DNA of 64,000 nucleotides from an uncultured Gammaproteobacteria bacterium (GCA_963823415.1 CAWGLJ010000009.1:247748-311747); one strand, 5' to 3'. Positions 8,595-19,608 are shown, numbered from the stretch's first letter. A program made the numbers and translations. The notes: a model not told the origin generated them from the sequence alone.

Positions 8595-11431
8595 TCAGCC
8601 GGCCGTCGCCGTGGCGCCCTTGCGGGTGGTGCGCATCGCGGCGACGCGCTCGCGCCAGGCGTCCGGCTGCGTGACCTTGGCGACCTCGACGGCCGTGACC
8701 TTGTACTCGGGGCAGTTGGTCGCCCAGTCCGAGTTCTCGGTCGTCACCAGGTTCACGCCGGATTCCGGGAAGTGGAAGGTGGTGTACACGACGCCGCGCG
8801 CGATGCGCGTGGTGAGCGACGCGTGCACGACGATCTCGCCGGCGCGGCTCGCGACGCCGACCAGGTCGCCGTGCTTGATGCCGCGGGCCTCGGCGTCGTC
8901 CGGGTGCATCTCGAGGACGTCTTCCTTGTTGAAGACGACGTTCTTCGTGCGGCGCGTCTGCGTGCCGACGTTGTACTGGTACAGCACGCGGCCGGTCGTG
9001 AGCAGCAGCGGGTAGCGGCTGGTCGAGCGCTCCGCGGTCGCCACGTACTCGGTGCGGTAGAACTTGCCCTTGCCGCGCACGAAGCTGCCGACGTGCATGG
9101 TCGGCGTGCCGTCGGGCGCGTTGTCGTTGCAGGGCCACTGGATGCTGCCGAGGCGCTCGAGCTTCTCGTAGCTGACGCCGGTGAAGGTCGGGCGTCAGGC
9201 GCGCGATCTCGTCCATGATCTCGGACGGGTGCGCGTACTCCATCGGGTAGCCGAGCGCCTGCGCGAGGCGCATCGTGACTTCCCAGTCCGCGAGCCCGGC
9301 GAGCGGCTCCATGACCTTGCGCACGCGCGAGATGCGCCGCTCGGCGTTGGTGAACGTGCCGTCCTTCTCCAGGAAGGACGCGCCCGGCAGGAAGACGTGC
9401 GCGTAGCGCGCGGTCTCGACCAGGAACAGGTCCTGCACGACGACGCATTCCATCGCGGTGAGCGCGGCGGCCACGTGGCTCGTGTTGGGGTCCGACTGGG
9501 CGAAGTCCTCGCCCTGGATGTACATCGCCTTGAAGCTGCCGTCGAGCGCCGCCTCGAACATGTTCGGGATGCGAAGGCCCGGCTCGCCGCCGAGCGAGAC
9601 GTTCCAGGCCGACTCGAACACGCCGCGCGCGATGGCGTCCGACACGTGCCGGTAGCCCGGCAGCTCGTGCGGGAAGGAGCCCATGTCGCAGGAGCCCTGC
9701 ACGTTGTTCTGGCCGCGCAGCGGGCTCACGCCGACGCCCTCGCGCCCGAGGTTCCCGGTCGCCATCGCGAGGTTCGCGATGCCCATGACCATGGTCGTGC
9801 CCTGGCTGTGCTCGGTGACGCCGAGGCCGTAGTAGATGGCGCTGTTCGGGCCCGCGGCGTACAGGCGCGCGGCCTCGCGCACCGCGCGGCCGGAACGCCG
9901 CGTGATCGCCTCGGTCGCCTCCGGCGAATGGCGCGGGTCGGCGATGAAGTCCTTCCACTCGCGCCAGGACTTCGACTTCGCAGCGCGCGAGCGCGTAGTC
10001 GTCCTTCGCGAGGCCTTCCGTGACGATGACGTGCGCGAGCGCGTTGATGACCGCGACGTTCGTGCCGGGCCGCAGCTGCAGGTGCTGGGCGGCCTCGATG
10101 TGCGGCGTCTTCACGAGGTCGATCGCGCGCGGGTCGATGACGATGAGCTTCGCGCCCTGGCGCAGGCGGCGCTTGAGCTGCGAGCCGAACACCGGGTGGC
10201 CGTCGGTCGGGTTCGCGCCGATCACGACGACCACGTCCGCCTTCTGCACCGAGGTGAAGGCCTGGGTGCCGGCGGATTCGCCGAGCGTGTGCTTGAGGCC
10301 GTAGCCGGTCGGCGAATGGCAGACGCGGGCGCAGGTGTCGACGTTGTTGGTCAGGAGCGCAGCGCGCACCAGCTTCTGGACGAGGTAGGTCTCCTCGTTG
10401 GTGCAGCGCGAGGAGGTGATGCCGCCCACCGAGTCGCGGCCGTACTTCTGCTGGATGCGGCGGAACTCGCGCGCCGTGTACTCGAAGGCCTCTTCCCAGC
10501 TCACTTCGCGCCAGGGATCCGTGATGCGCGCGCGGATCATCGGCTTCGTGACGCGGTCCTTGTGGGTCGCGTAGCCGTAGGCGAAGCGTCCCTTGATGCA
10601 GGCGTGGCCCTGGTTGGCCTGGCCTGCACGGTTCGGGACCATGCGCACGACGGTCTCCTCTTGACTTCCGCCTTCAGCGAGCAGCCGACGCCGCAGTAGC
10701 CGCAGGTGGTCGCCACCGCGCGCTCGGGCTGGCCGAGCGTCGCGAGCGACTTCTCGCTGAGCGCAGCGGTCGGGCAGGCCTCGACGCAGGCGCCGCAGGA
10801 GACGCACTCGGAGGCGAGGAAAGGCTGGTGCTCGCTCGCGGAGACCCGCGAGCCGAAGCCGCGGCCCTCGATCGTCAGCGCGAGCGTGCTCTGCGTCTCG
10901 TCGCAGGCGCGCACGCAGCGCGAGCAGACGATGCACAGGTCCGGGTTGAAGTCGAAATACGGGTTGCTGACGTCCGGCGCCGCGCCGCGCTGGGTCTGGC
11001 CCTTCGCCCAGCGGGAGTGCGTGACGCCCGTGACTTCCGCCGCGTCCTGCAGCTCGCAGTGGCCGTTGGCGGGGCAGTCGTCGCAGTCGAGCGGGTGGTC
11101 GGAGACGTACAGCTCGACGACGCCGCGGCGCAGCTGCTGGATGCGCGGCGAGTTCGTGCGCACCTTCATGCCGGCCGCGACGGCGGTCGTGCAGGACGCC
11201 GGGAAGCCCTTGCGCCCCTCGATCTCGACCAGGCACAGGCGGCAGGAACCGAAGGCCTTCAGCGAATCGGTCGCGCACAGCTTCGGGAATCTGCGTGTCG
11301 GCGAGCGCGGCGGCGCGCATGACCGAGGTCCCCGCGGGGACGGTCACGGTCGCGCCGTCGATTTCGAGCGTGACGGAGTCGGCCGAGGTGGCCGGCGGCG
11401 TGCCGAGGTCGCGATGGTCGATCGAATACAT
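8595..11431 (-). pseudogene. fdsA: NAD-dependent formate dehydrogenase alpha (molybdopterin/Fe-S) subunit; many frame changes
   Basis: Fragments are found in ORFs 8753-11431 (N-terminus, plus IKGRFAYGYATHKDRVTKPM..CARVCHSPTGYG), 10537-11169 (Fe-S clusters: DHPLDCDDCPANGHCELQ, CIVCSRCVRAC, CVSCGACVEACPT, CGYCGVGCS), 8578-9882 and 8595-9098 (C-terminal molybdopterin-binding domain). At least six frame switches. Confidence 0.9.
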
Positions 11432-12980
11432 CTAGCCTCCTCGCGCCCTGGCCCTGAAGTCTTCCGGGAAGTGCTTCATGGCGCTCTGCACGGGAAAGGG
11501 GGTCATGCCCCCGAGTCCGCACAGGGACGCATTCAACATCGTATCGCAGAGTTCCTCGACCAGGGCAAGTTGCCGGTCACGGTCCTCGCCCCGGCCGGCG
11601 GCCGCCAGCGCCTCGGCGCCGCGGATCGAGCCGATGCGGCAGGGCGTGCACTTGCCGCAGGACTCGATGGCGCAGAACTCCATGGCATAACGCGCCATCT
11701 CGAGCATGTCGACGGTGTCGTCGAAGGCGACCACGCCGCCGTGGCCCAGCAACGCGCCGATGGCGGACAGCGATTCGTACTCGAGCGGCGTGTCGAACTG
11801 CGAGGCCGGCAGGTACGCGCCGAGCGGCCCGCCGATCTGCACCGCGCGGATCGGCCGCCCGCTCATCGAGCCGCCGCCGTAGTCCTCGAGCAGCTCGCGC
11901 ACGGTGAGCCCGAAGGCGCGCTCGACGAGCCCGCCGCGGCGGATGTTGCCGGCGAGCTGCAGCGGCAGCGTGCCGCGCGACTTCGCCTGGCCGTAGTCCT
12001 TGTACGTCGCCGCGCCGTTCGCGAGGATCGTCGGCACGGTCGCGAGCGTGATGACGTTGTTGACGATCGTCGGCGCGCCGAACAGGCCCTTCTCGGCCGG
12101 CAGCGGCGGGCGCACGCGGATCTCGCCGCGGCGTGCCCTCGAGGCTTTCCAGCATCGAGGTTTCCTCGCCGCAGATGTAGGCGCCGGCGCCGAGGCGCAC
12201 TTCCAGGTCGAAGGCCTTGCCGCTGCCCAGCACGTCCGCGCCGAGCAGGCCGGCCTCGCGCGCGACCGCGATCGCGCTGTTCAGGACCTTGTACGCGTGC
12301 GGATACTCGACGCGCAGGTAGACGTAGCCCTTCGTCGCGCCGACCGCGACGCCGGCGATCGTCATGCCCTCGATGAGCGAGAACGGGTCGCCTTCCATCA
12401 GCATGCGGTCGGAGTAGGTGCCCGAGTCGCCTTCGTCGGCGTTGCAGGTGACGTACTTCTGGCCGGGCGGCTGGCGCAGCACGGTCTGCCACTTGATGCC
12501 GGTCGGGAAGGCCGCGCCGCCACGGCCGCGCAGGCCGGACTCCAGCACTTCGTTGACGGTCGCGTCGGGCCCGAGTTCGATGGCGCGCGCGAGTCCCGCG
12601 TAGCCGCCCGAGGCGCGGTAGGCCGCGAGGTCGAGCGGATCGATGCGGCCGACGCGCGCGAAGGTCAGTCGCTGCTGCGAGGCGAACCAGGGATGCTCCT
12701 CGATCTTGCCGAGGCGAAGCGGATGCGCGGCGCCCTTCAGCAGCCCCTTCGCGACGAGATCCGGCACCTCGCGCTCGGTGACCGGGCCGTAGGCGATGCG
12801 GCCGTCTGCGCACTCGACTTCGACCAGCGGCTCGAGCCAGTAGAGCCCGCGCGAGCCGTTGCGTCGGACCTTGATCTCCACGCCCGCGGCGCGGGCTTCC
12901 GCGACCAGGCGCTTCGCGGTCGCTTCCGCGCCAAGCGCGAGCGCCCCCGCGTCGCGCGGGATCCAGACCGTGACGCTCAT
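11432..12980 (-). pseudogene. fdsB: NAD-dependent formate dehydrogenase beta (NuoF-like flavoprotein) subunit; one frame change
   Basis: The N-terminal two thirds lie in ORF 11577-12980 (GLRGRGGAAFPTGIKW, CNADEGDSGTYSDR, AYICGEETSMLESLEG). The C-terminus lies in ORF 11432-12115 (ESCGKCTPCR, LCGLGG). The switch is near 12115-12135. Confidence 0.9.
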
Positions 12981-13471
12981 GACTTCACTCCGGCCTTTGC
13001 GTCGAGCAGCGCATCGAGGCGTTCCGGCGTCACGCGCCCGTGGACTTCGTCATCGAGCATCGCGGCAGGCGAGCAGGCGCAGAGACCGAGGCAATAGACC
13101 GCCTCGAGCGTGACCCGCCCGTCCGGCGTCGTCTCGCCGAAGCCGATGCCGAGCCGCTTCTGCGCGTGCTGCTCGAGCGCCTTGCCGCCGGCGGCCTGGC
13201 AGGACTCCGCGCGGCAGACCTGCAGCACCTGCCGGCCCGCCGGCCGGGTGCGGAAGTGGTGATAGAAGGTGACGACGCCGTGCACCTCGGCGCGCGAGAG
13301 GTTGAGCGCGCGCGCGAGCACGGGCACGGCGCCCGGCGGCACGCAGCCGAAGGCCGCCTGCACGTCGTGCAGGATCTCGATCAGCGGGCCGTCCTGGTGC
13401 CGGTGCTGCGCGACGATCGCGAGGATCCGGCCCTCATCGACCTGGCCGGCCGGCGCGGCGACGGCGCTCAT
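12977..13471 (-). CDS. fdsG: formate dehydrogenase gamma (NuoE-like 2Fe-2S) subunit
   Basis: Intact 164-aa ORF with the thioredoxin-like 2Fe-2S pattern (CRAESCQAAG ... CLGLCACSP). ATGA overlaps on both sides. Confidence 0.85.
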   Translation of the reverse strand: MSAVAAPAGQVDEGRILAIVAQHRHQDGPLIEILHDVQAAFGCVPPGAVPVLARALNLSRAEVHGVVTFYHHFRTRPAGRQVLQVCRAESCQAAGGKALEQHAQKRLGIGFGETTPDGRVTLEAVYCLGLCACSPAAMLDDEVHGRVTPERLDALLDAKAGVKS

Positions 13472-14304
13472 TGCAGGCGCTCCCGGTGGGCATAGACATT
13501 GAAGGAGCGACCGCGCAGGAAGCCGACCAGCATGATGCCGGTGCGCTGCGCGAGGTCGATGGCGAGCGAGGAGGGCGCGCCGACCGCGGCGACCACGGGG
13601 ATGCCCGCGGCGGCGGCCTTCTGCAGCAGCTCGAAGCTCGCGCGTCCCGACAGGAACAGGACGCTGTCCGAGAGCGGCAGCTCGCCCGCGAGCAGGCGCG
13701 CGCCGACGAGCTTGTCGAGCGCATTGTGGCGGCCGACGTCCTCGCGCACGTCGAGCAGCCGGCCCTCGGCGTCGAACAGGCAGGACGCATGGAGTCCGCC
13801 GGTCTCGCGGAACACGTCCTGGCCCGCACGCGCGCGGTCCGACAGGGATTCGATCAGCGCGGTCGAGACCTGGAGTTTTCCGTCCACGCTCGGCGAGCGC
13901 AGCATGCGCTCGACGGCGGCGAGCGAGGCGTTGCCGCAGACGCCGCAGCTCGAAGTCATGTAGAAGTGGCGCTGCAGCTTTGCGGCATCGAAGTCGACGC
14001 CCCCGGCGAGCTGGATCCGCACGATGTTGCCGTCCAGGCCGCTGATGCGGCTGCCGGCGACGTCCTCACGGGACCGGACGATGCCCTCGCCGTGCAGGAA
14101 GCCGACCGCGAGCTCGACATCGTGCCCGGGCGTGCGCATCGTGACCGACAGTGAAGTTCCCGGTCCTTCGTCGCCGGCACCGGCGACGCGGATCTCGAGC
14201 GGCTCCTCGACGACCACCAGGTCCTGGCGCGCGATCAGGTGCTCGTCCCGCATCGCATCGATCGGAACCTGCCGCACCGAATCGAGGTGGTGCTGTGCGC
14301 TCAT
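13468..14304 (-). CDS. fdhD: formate dehydrogenase accessory sulfurtransferase FdhD
   Basis: 278 codons from ATG 14304 ([12 protein letters not shown]...). Conserved SSCGVCG and GRHNALDK motifs. The longer ORF-track start at 14706 is an Arg/Pro-rich over-extension into the upstream gene. Confidence 0.85.
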   Translation of the reverse strand: MSAQHHLDSVRQVPIDAMRDEHLIARQDLVVVEEPLEIRVAGAGDEGPGTSLSVTMRTPGHDVELAVGFLHGEGIVRSREDVAGSRISGLDGNIVRIQLAGGVDFDAAKLQRHFYMTSSCGVCGNASLAAVERMLRSPSVDGKLQVSTALIESLSDRARAGQDVFRETGGLHASCLFDAEGRLLDVREDVGRHNALDKLVGARLLAGELPLSDSVLFLSGRASFELLQKAAAAGIPVVAAVGAPSSLAIDLAQRTGIMLVGFLRGRSFNVYAHRERLQ

Positions 14305-15818
14305 CGCGGCCGGCGACCCGAGCGGCGACGTTGCAGCGGGGCTTCCGCCAGGGCGTGGTCGGGCGGCGGCGGCAGGACCGGCAGTTCCTTCTGGTCCTTC
14401 AGGCCCGACATCACGATGCGGCGCATCTCGGCATCCACGGCAGCGTCGGTCGGGATCTCCACCCAGGCCGCGAGGCGCTTCTCGACCTGTTCGACGGCGC
14501 GGGACTGCAGGTCGCGCGATCCCTGCTTGATCCAGGTTTCGCGATTCTCGCGGTCGATGACCGGGTCGGTCAGGTACAGCTCCTGCGGCCAGTACTTGAG
14601 CGTGTGCGGCGAGGTGATGAGGTGATCGTTGGCGCGCACTTCCGCGACGAGATTGCCGCAGGGCACGTCCTCCAGCACCTTCGTCTCGCGCACGAAGTTG
14701 AGGCACTGGCCGCAGACCTCGTTGTCGAACAGCAGCTTCGCCAGGCTGAAGGTCAGCACGAAGTCGAGCATGCCGGGGCCGGAAACGGAGTTGACGCCCG
14801 CGAGCGCGGCCAGCAGCGCGCTCGACATCGTCTCGGCGCCCGCCTGGGCATCGAGGAACTTGCCGTCCGAGAGCGCCATGTAGGCCTGGGTCGGCAGGCC
14901 GAGCGACTTCGCGATGGCGACATAGCCGACGTTCAGCCGCTGCGCCTCGATCGCCGCCATCGGCGCGCTCGCGGCGCGCATGTGGAAGGTCGCGGGCGCG
15001 CCGCCGAACAGCACCGGCGCGCCGGGCTTGATCACCTGCGCCATCGTGATGCCGGTCAGCACGTCCACGCAGTGGAAGACCAGGGCGCCCATCAGCGTGA
15101 CCGGCGCGATGAGGCCCATCAGCGTGACCGGCACGATCTCGACCGGGATGCCGGCCTCGACGCAGTCGAGCAGGTTCTGGCAGGAGTCCTCGCCGAAGCG
15201 GAAGTTGCCGGTCGCCGTGATCGTGAAGATCGACATCGGCTTCGCGATGAGCTCCGCGCGGTCGCGGCGGAAGAGCTGCATCATCTCCGCCATGCGCGGC
15301 ACGCCGTGCTCGCCGAAGGCGCCGGAGACGACCGGCTTCTTCGTGTTCGTGAGCACCATGTAGAGCCGCCAGACGTCGGAGACCTGCGGCTCGATGTCGG
15401 CGTTCGTCGAGAACGCCGTGGCGAGGTAGGGAATGTGCGGCAGGCCGTCGCAGAGGCGCGCGTACTCGACGAAGTCCGTCGAGTCCGCAAGGCGCGTCTC
15501 GCCCGTGCGGTGGTCCATGATCTTGAGGCCGCTGGAGCCCGGGATGAAGTGCACGTTCCAGCCGCCGATTTCCGCGTGCGGCTCACCGTCGCGGTTGTAG
15601 AGCGTGAAGGACTTCGGCGCGGTCGCGATCGCGCGGTCCACGACCGCGGTGGGGAAGAGCACGCGGCCGGTCGCATCGGTCGGCAGGCCCGCGTCGATCA
15701 GGCGCTGGCGCATCTTCGCGCCGCGGATCTCCATGCCGGTCTCGGCCATGATCCGCTTCGCCTCGGCGAGCACCGCGGCGATCTGGTCAGGCTCGAGAAT
15801 CTGGATCGTCGGTCTCAT
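14301..15818 (-). CDS. MttB-superfamily (trimethylamine methyltransferase-like, no in-frame amber codon) methyltransferase, probably acting on a quaternary amine
   Basis: Intact 505-aa ORF with full-length MttB-family look ([60 protein letters not shown]). The stop TGA overlaps the fdhD ATG (ATGA at 14301-14304). Confidence 0.8.
   Translation of the reverse strand: MRPTIQILEPDQIAAVLAEAKRIMAETGMEIRGAKMRQRLIDAGLPTDATGRVLFPTAVVDRAIATAPKSFTLYNRDGEPHAEIGGWNVHFIPGSSGLKIMDHRTGETRLADSTDFVEYARLCDGLPHIPYLATAFSTNADIEPQVSDVWRLYMVLTNTKKPVVSGAFGEHGVPRMAEMMQLFRRDRAELIAKPMSIFTITATGNFRFGEDSCQNLLDCVEAGIPVEIVPVTLMGLIAPVTLMGALVFHCVDVLTGITMAQVIKPGAPVLFGGAPATFHMRAASAPMAAIEAQRLNVGYVAIAKSLGLPTQAYMALSDGKFLDAQAGAETMSSALLAALAGVNSVSGPGMLDFVLTFSLAKLLFDNEVCGQCLNFVRETKVLEDVPCGNLVAEVRANDHLITSPHTLKYWPQELYLTDPVIDRENRETWIKQGSRDLQSRAVEQVEKRLAAWVEIPTDAAVDAEMRRIVMSGLKDQKELPVLPPPPDHALAEAPLQRRRSGRRPR
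15087..15140. repeat. in-frame 27-bp tandem duplication inside the mttB-like gene
   Basis: gcccatcagcgtgaccggcgcgatgag / gcccatcagcgtgaccggcacgatctc: 23 of 27 positions are identical and the first 19 are contiguous. It encodes [18 protein letters not shown]. Confidence 0.8.
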
Positions 15819-15854
15819 TTCACGACTTCCCCCGTTGCGCTGCGGCCGGGCTTA

Positions 15855-15870
15855 TTGTACGATCGTTCAA
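15855..15870. promoter_or_regulatory. 16-bp near-perfect palindrome TTGTACGATCGTTCAA in the 54-bp divergent spacer; candidate operator of the adjacent BetI-like TetR regulator
   Basis: 14 of 16 positions are symmetric around a perfect ACGATCGT core. It lies 3 nt before the Rieske ATG and 37 nt from the mttB-like start. Confidence 0.4.
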
Positions 15871-15872
15871 CA

Positions 15873-17063
15873 ATGAATGCACGTATCCATGCCGACCGCT
15901 CCGCCACCCCCGATCTTCGCACAGAAGACGATTTCAGCCTGCCCGGCTGGACCTACTGGGACCCCGAGTTCTTCGAGCTCGAGCGCCAGGTCGTGTTCAG
16001 GAAGAGCTGGCACCTGGTCTGCCACGTCAACGACCTGCGCGAGGCCGGCGATTACCTGACCTTCAAGTTCCTGAACGAGTCGATCCTGACCGTGCGGGGC
16101 ACGGACGGCCGCGTGCGCAGCTTCCATAACGTCTGCCGGCACCGCGCCGCGCGCCTCGTGAACGGGGAGCAGGGCAACTGCGGCAAGCGCATCACCTGCC
16201 CGTACCACGCCTGGACCTATTCGACCGACGGTCGCCTGGTCGGCGTGCCGCTGCGCGCCAGCTACCCGGGCATGCAGACCGAGGACTACGGCCTCGCCGA
16301 GGTCGAGCAGGAGATCTGGCGCGGCTTCGTGTTCGTGCGCTTCGCGCCGGGCCTGCCGTCGGTCAACGACCAGATGGCGCCGTACGCGGCCGAACTCGCC
16401 GGCGCACCGCTCGAGGACCTCGTGCCGCTCGGCCCGCCGCGGGTGCAGACGCGCCACGTCAACTGGAAGAACGTCGCGGACAACTATTCCGACGGCCTGC
16501 ACATCCCCGTCGCGCACCCGGGCCTCATGCGCATCTTCGGCAAGAGCTACGCGATCGAGGCGCGCGAGTGGGTGGACAAGATGTCCGGCGAGCTCGTCGA
16601 GCACGATTCGCCGCACGCCTCCGAGCGCATGTACCAGAAGCTCATGCACGACATGGGCCTCGCCGAGGGCGCGAAGTGGGCCTACTACAAGCTCTGGCCG
16701 AACGCGGCGATCGAGCTGTACCCGGACCAGATCGACTTCATGCAGTTCATCCCGGTCTCGCCGACCGAGACGCAGCTGCGCTACATCAACTACGGGCTGC
16801 CGGACGGGCGGCGCGAGATGAAGGCCGCGCGCTACCTCAACTGGCGCATCAACCGGCTGGTGAACCTCGAGGACAAGGACCTGATCGAGCGCGTGCAGGC
16901 CGGCATGGCGTCGTCCAGCTACACGGTCGGCCCGCTCGGCGAGGGCGAGGTGTGCCTGCGCAGCTTCGGCCGGCGCATGCGCGCGCTGTTCCCGGAGGCG
17001 CGCGAGGGCGCGCCGCCGCCGAAGGGCTGGAGCATCAACCGCAAGGCGCCGCGGCCCCAGTGA
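15873..17063 (+). CDS. Rieske [2Fe-2S] non-heme-iron oxygenase, alpha-subunit type
   Basis: 396 codons from ATG 15873. The upstream part of ORF 14151-17063 is antisense read-through. Rieske motif [16 protein letters not shown]; mononuclear iron motif [14 protein letters not shown]. Confidence 0.85.
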   Translation: MNARIHADRSATPDLRTEDDFSLPGWTYWDPEFFELERQVVFRKSWHLVCHVNDLREAGDYLTFKFLNESILTVRGTDGRVRSFHNVCRHRAARLVNGEQGNCGKRITCPYHAWTYSTDGRLVGVPLRASYPGMQTEDYGLAEVEQEIWRGFVFVRFAPGLPSVNDQMAPYAAELAGAPLEDLVPLGPPRVQTRHVNWKNVADNYSDGLHIPVAHPGLMRIFGKSYAIEAREWVDKMSGELVEHDSPHASERMYQKLMHDMGLAEGAKWAYYKLWPNAAIELYPDQIDFMQFIPVSPTETQLRYINYGLPDGRREMKAARYLNWRINRLVNLEDKDLIERVQAGMASSSYTVGPLGEGEVCLRSFGRRMRALFPEAREGAPPPKGWSINRKAPRPQ

Positions 17064-17680
17064 GCGGCGCGGCCCGCAAGCCCCGCTACGAGCGCCAGGT
17101 CGCGAGCGACCGGCGCGAGGCGCTGGTGGACGCGGCGATCGAGAGCCTGAAGCGCTACGGCTACGAGGGCCTGTCGGTGCGGCGCATCGCGGCCGAGGCC
17201 GGCGTCTCCATCGGCCTGATCAACCACCACTTCCCGAACAAGGACACGCTGGTCGCCGAGAGCTACCGGACGTTCGGGCGCCGGCTCGCCGCGAACTTCG
17301 AGGCGGCGGTTGCGGCCGCGGGCCCGGACCCGCGCGCGCGGCTGCGCGCCTACCTCGACGCGTTCTTCTCGGGCCCGAACCTCAACCCGCAGGTGCTGAC
17401 GGCCTGGGTCGTGTACTGGAGCCTGGTGCAGGTGTCGCCGGAGATGAGGCGGTGCGCGACGAGGAGGGCAAGGGCTACAGCGAGGTGCTCGGGCAGCTGC
17501 TGTCCGACCTCGCGCAAGCGCGCGGCGGCACTGTCCGTGGACCTCGGCCTCGCCGTCACCGGCCTCACCGCGCTGCTCGACGGCCTGTGGCTGCAGCTCT
17601 GCCTCGATCCCACGAGCATCCGCCCGAAGGACGCCGCCGCGCTCTGCGACGACTGGGTCGACCGCGTGGTCGGCGCCTAG
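17060..17680 (+). CDS. TetR-family regulator, BetI-like; the ORF is open but an internal segment (~17445-17525) reads better in another frame
   Basis: HTH: [29 protein letters not shown]-terminus: [16 protein letters not shown], as in BetI. The middle in-frame text [24 protein letters not shown] is implausible, while the alternative frame gives [28 protein letters not shown] overlap with the Rieske stop. Confidence 0.7.
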   Translation: MSGAARKPRYERQVASDRREALVDAAIESLKRYGYEGLSVRRIAAEAGVSIGLINHHFPNKDTLVAESYRTFGRRLAANFEAAVAAAGPDPRARLRAYLDAFFSGPNLNPQVLTAWVVYWSLVQVSPEMRRCATRRARATARCSGSCCPTSRKRAAALSVDLGLAVTGLTALLDGLWLQLCLDPTSIRPKDAAALCDDWVDRVVGA

Positions 17681-19369
17681 AACAGCCCGGTAATCTTCCC
17701 GTCGTCGGTCACGTCGATGTTGTTCGCCGCCGGCGTCACCGGCAGGCCCGGCATCGTCATGATGTCGCCGCAGATCATCACGATGAACTCCGCGCCGGCC
17801 GCGAGGCGCACCTCGCGGATGTTCACGACGTGCCCGTGCGGCGCGCCGCGCAGCTTCGGGTCGGTCGAGAAGGAGTACTGGGTCTTCGCCACGCAGACCG
17901 GGTAGTGGCCGTAGCCCGATTCCTGGAGCTGCTTGATCTGCCCGCGCACCTTGCTGTCGGCCGTGATCTCGGCGGCGCCGTAGATCTTGGTCGCGACCGC
18001 CTTCATCTTGTCCCAGAGCGTGTCCTTGTCGTCGTAGACGAACTTGAAGTAGTTCGCGTGGCTGCACAGCTCGACGACTTCCTTCGCGACGTCGACGGCG
18101 CCCTTGCCGCCCTCGGCGTAGTGCTTCGCGACGATGACCTTCACGCCGTGGTGCGTCGCGCGCTCCTGCAGCCAGTTGAGCTCGGCCTCGCTGTCCTCGG
18201 CGCGGTGGTTGATCGCGACCAGGCAGGGCAGGCCGAAGACGTCGCGCACGTTGTCGATGTGGCGGTCGAGGTTCGCGATGCCGGCCTGCAGCGCCTTCAG
18301 GTTCTCCTTGCCGAGGTCCGCGACTTCGACGCCGCCGTGGTACTTGATCGCGCGCACCGTCGCGACGATCACCGCGGCGGCGGGCTTCAGGCCCGCCTTG
18401 CGGCACTTGATGTCCACGAACTTCTCGGCGCCGAGGTCGGCGCCGAAGCCGCCCTCCGTGACCACGTAGTCGGCGAGCTTGAGCGCCGTCTTGGTCGCCA
18501 TCACCGAGTTGCAGCCGTGCGCGATGTTCGCGAACGGGCCGCCGTGGATGAAGGCCGGGTTGTTCTCGAGCGTCTGGACCAGGTTCGGGGCGAGCGCGTC
18601 CTTCAGCAGCGCCGCCATCGCGCCCGCGGCCTTGATGTCGCGCGCGTGGATCGGCTTCTGGTCGCGCGTGTAGCCGACCACGATCTTGCCGAGGCGCTCC
18701 TTGAGGTCCTTGAGGCTGGTCGACGAGGCAGAAGATCGCCATGACTTCGGAGGCGACGACGATGTCGAAGCCGTCCTGGCGCGGGAAGCCGTTGCCCGGG
18801 CCGCCGAGGCCGACCGTGATGTCGCGCAGCGCGCGGTCGTTGCAGTCCACGACCCGCCGCCAGGTGATGCGGCGCACGTCGAAGCCGCAGGCGTTGCCGT
18901 GGTGGATGTGGTTGTCGATCATCGCCGCGAGCAGGTTGTTCGCGAGCGCGATCGCCGAGAAGTCGCCGGTGAAGTGGAGGTTGATGTCCTCCATCGGCAC
19001 GACCTGGGCGTAGCCGCCGCCCGCCGCGCCGCCCTTCATGCCGAACACCGGGCCGAGCGCCGGCTCGCGCAGGCAGATGATCGCCTTCTTGCCGATGCGG
19101 TTCAGCGCGTCGCCGAGGCCGACCGTCATCGTCGTCTTGCCTTCGCCCGCCGGGGTGGGGGAGATGGCGGTGACGAGGATCAGCTTGCCGTCCTGCTTGC
19201 CCTCGAGGTGGGTGCAGTAGTCGAGCGAGATCTTGGCCTTGTAGTGGCCGAAGGGGGAGAGGTGCTCCTCAGGGATGCCGAGCCGCTCCTTCGCGAGCGG
19301 AACGATCGGCTTCATCTTGGCGTGCTGGGCGATCTCGATATTGCTGAGGCTTCCCTTCGACGGCGGCAT
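17677..19369 (-). pseudogene. fhs: formate--tetrahydrofolate ligase; one frame change
   Basis: The N-terminus lies in ORF 16919-19369 ([14 protein letters not shown].., [28 protein letters not shown]). The remainder lies in ORF 17677-18681 ([16 protein letters not shown] ... PGLP). The switch is near 18690-18730. Confidence 0.9.
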
Positions 19370-19552
19370 GGTTTCTTGTCCCGGCTTGAAAAAAAGAGTG
19401 CGTAGGATGCCTGCAAGGCGTCCGTTTTGCCATTTGGACGGATGTCTGGCGGTAGTGGGGTCGAACTTCAGCCCCGATTAAGTCAGGTCCGATTCGACTG
19501 AGCCGGAACAACGACTTGACAGGCGGGCGGATGATATTCGGCTGGGAATGAC

Positions 19553-19593
19553 GTAAAACATTGCGTCAGGTTCAGACCCAACAGACGTTAGAC
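19553..19593 (+). repeat. degenerate attC remnant ending in a canonical core site GTTAGAC (19587-19593)
   Basis: GTAAAAC-ATTGCGTCAGG...CCCAAC-AGAC-GTTAGAC resembles the ends of attC1/attC2 but is too short and pairs poorly. GTTAGAC is the exact complement of R'' of attC1. Confidence 0.35.
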
Positions 19594-19608
19594 CACATCG
19601 GAGGTTTG

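Noticed and set aside
14151-15872. The N-terminal 570 residues of the 970-aa ORF 14151-17063
   Set aside because: This part is antisense to the mttB-like gene and has an Arg/Asp/His/Ala-rich composition and no motifs. The recognisable Rieske protein starts at ATG 15873.
17677-17680. Convergent betI-like and fhs genes sharing the palindromic stop CTAG, and the many 4-nt ATGA/GTGA start-stop overlaps across the window
   Set aside because: These are real in the sequence, but they are ordinary consequences of compact G+C-rich operons. They are used as evidence for operon structure, not as findings in themselves.
19370-19552. A possible riboswitch or attenuator in the fhs leader (ZTP/pfl or THF type), with the T-run ctcttttttt at 19388-19397 on the reverse strand
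   Set aside because: I reverse-complemented the leader and found no match to the conserved ZTP core (GGGTCGTGA..CCGCCTGGGC-like) or to anything I recognise. The only hairpins (CGTCC..GGACG, GGGG..CCCC) are short, and the T-run is separated from the nearest stem by about 9 nt, so it is not a canonical terminator.
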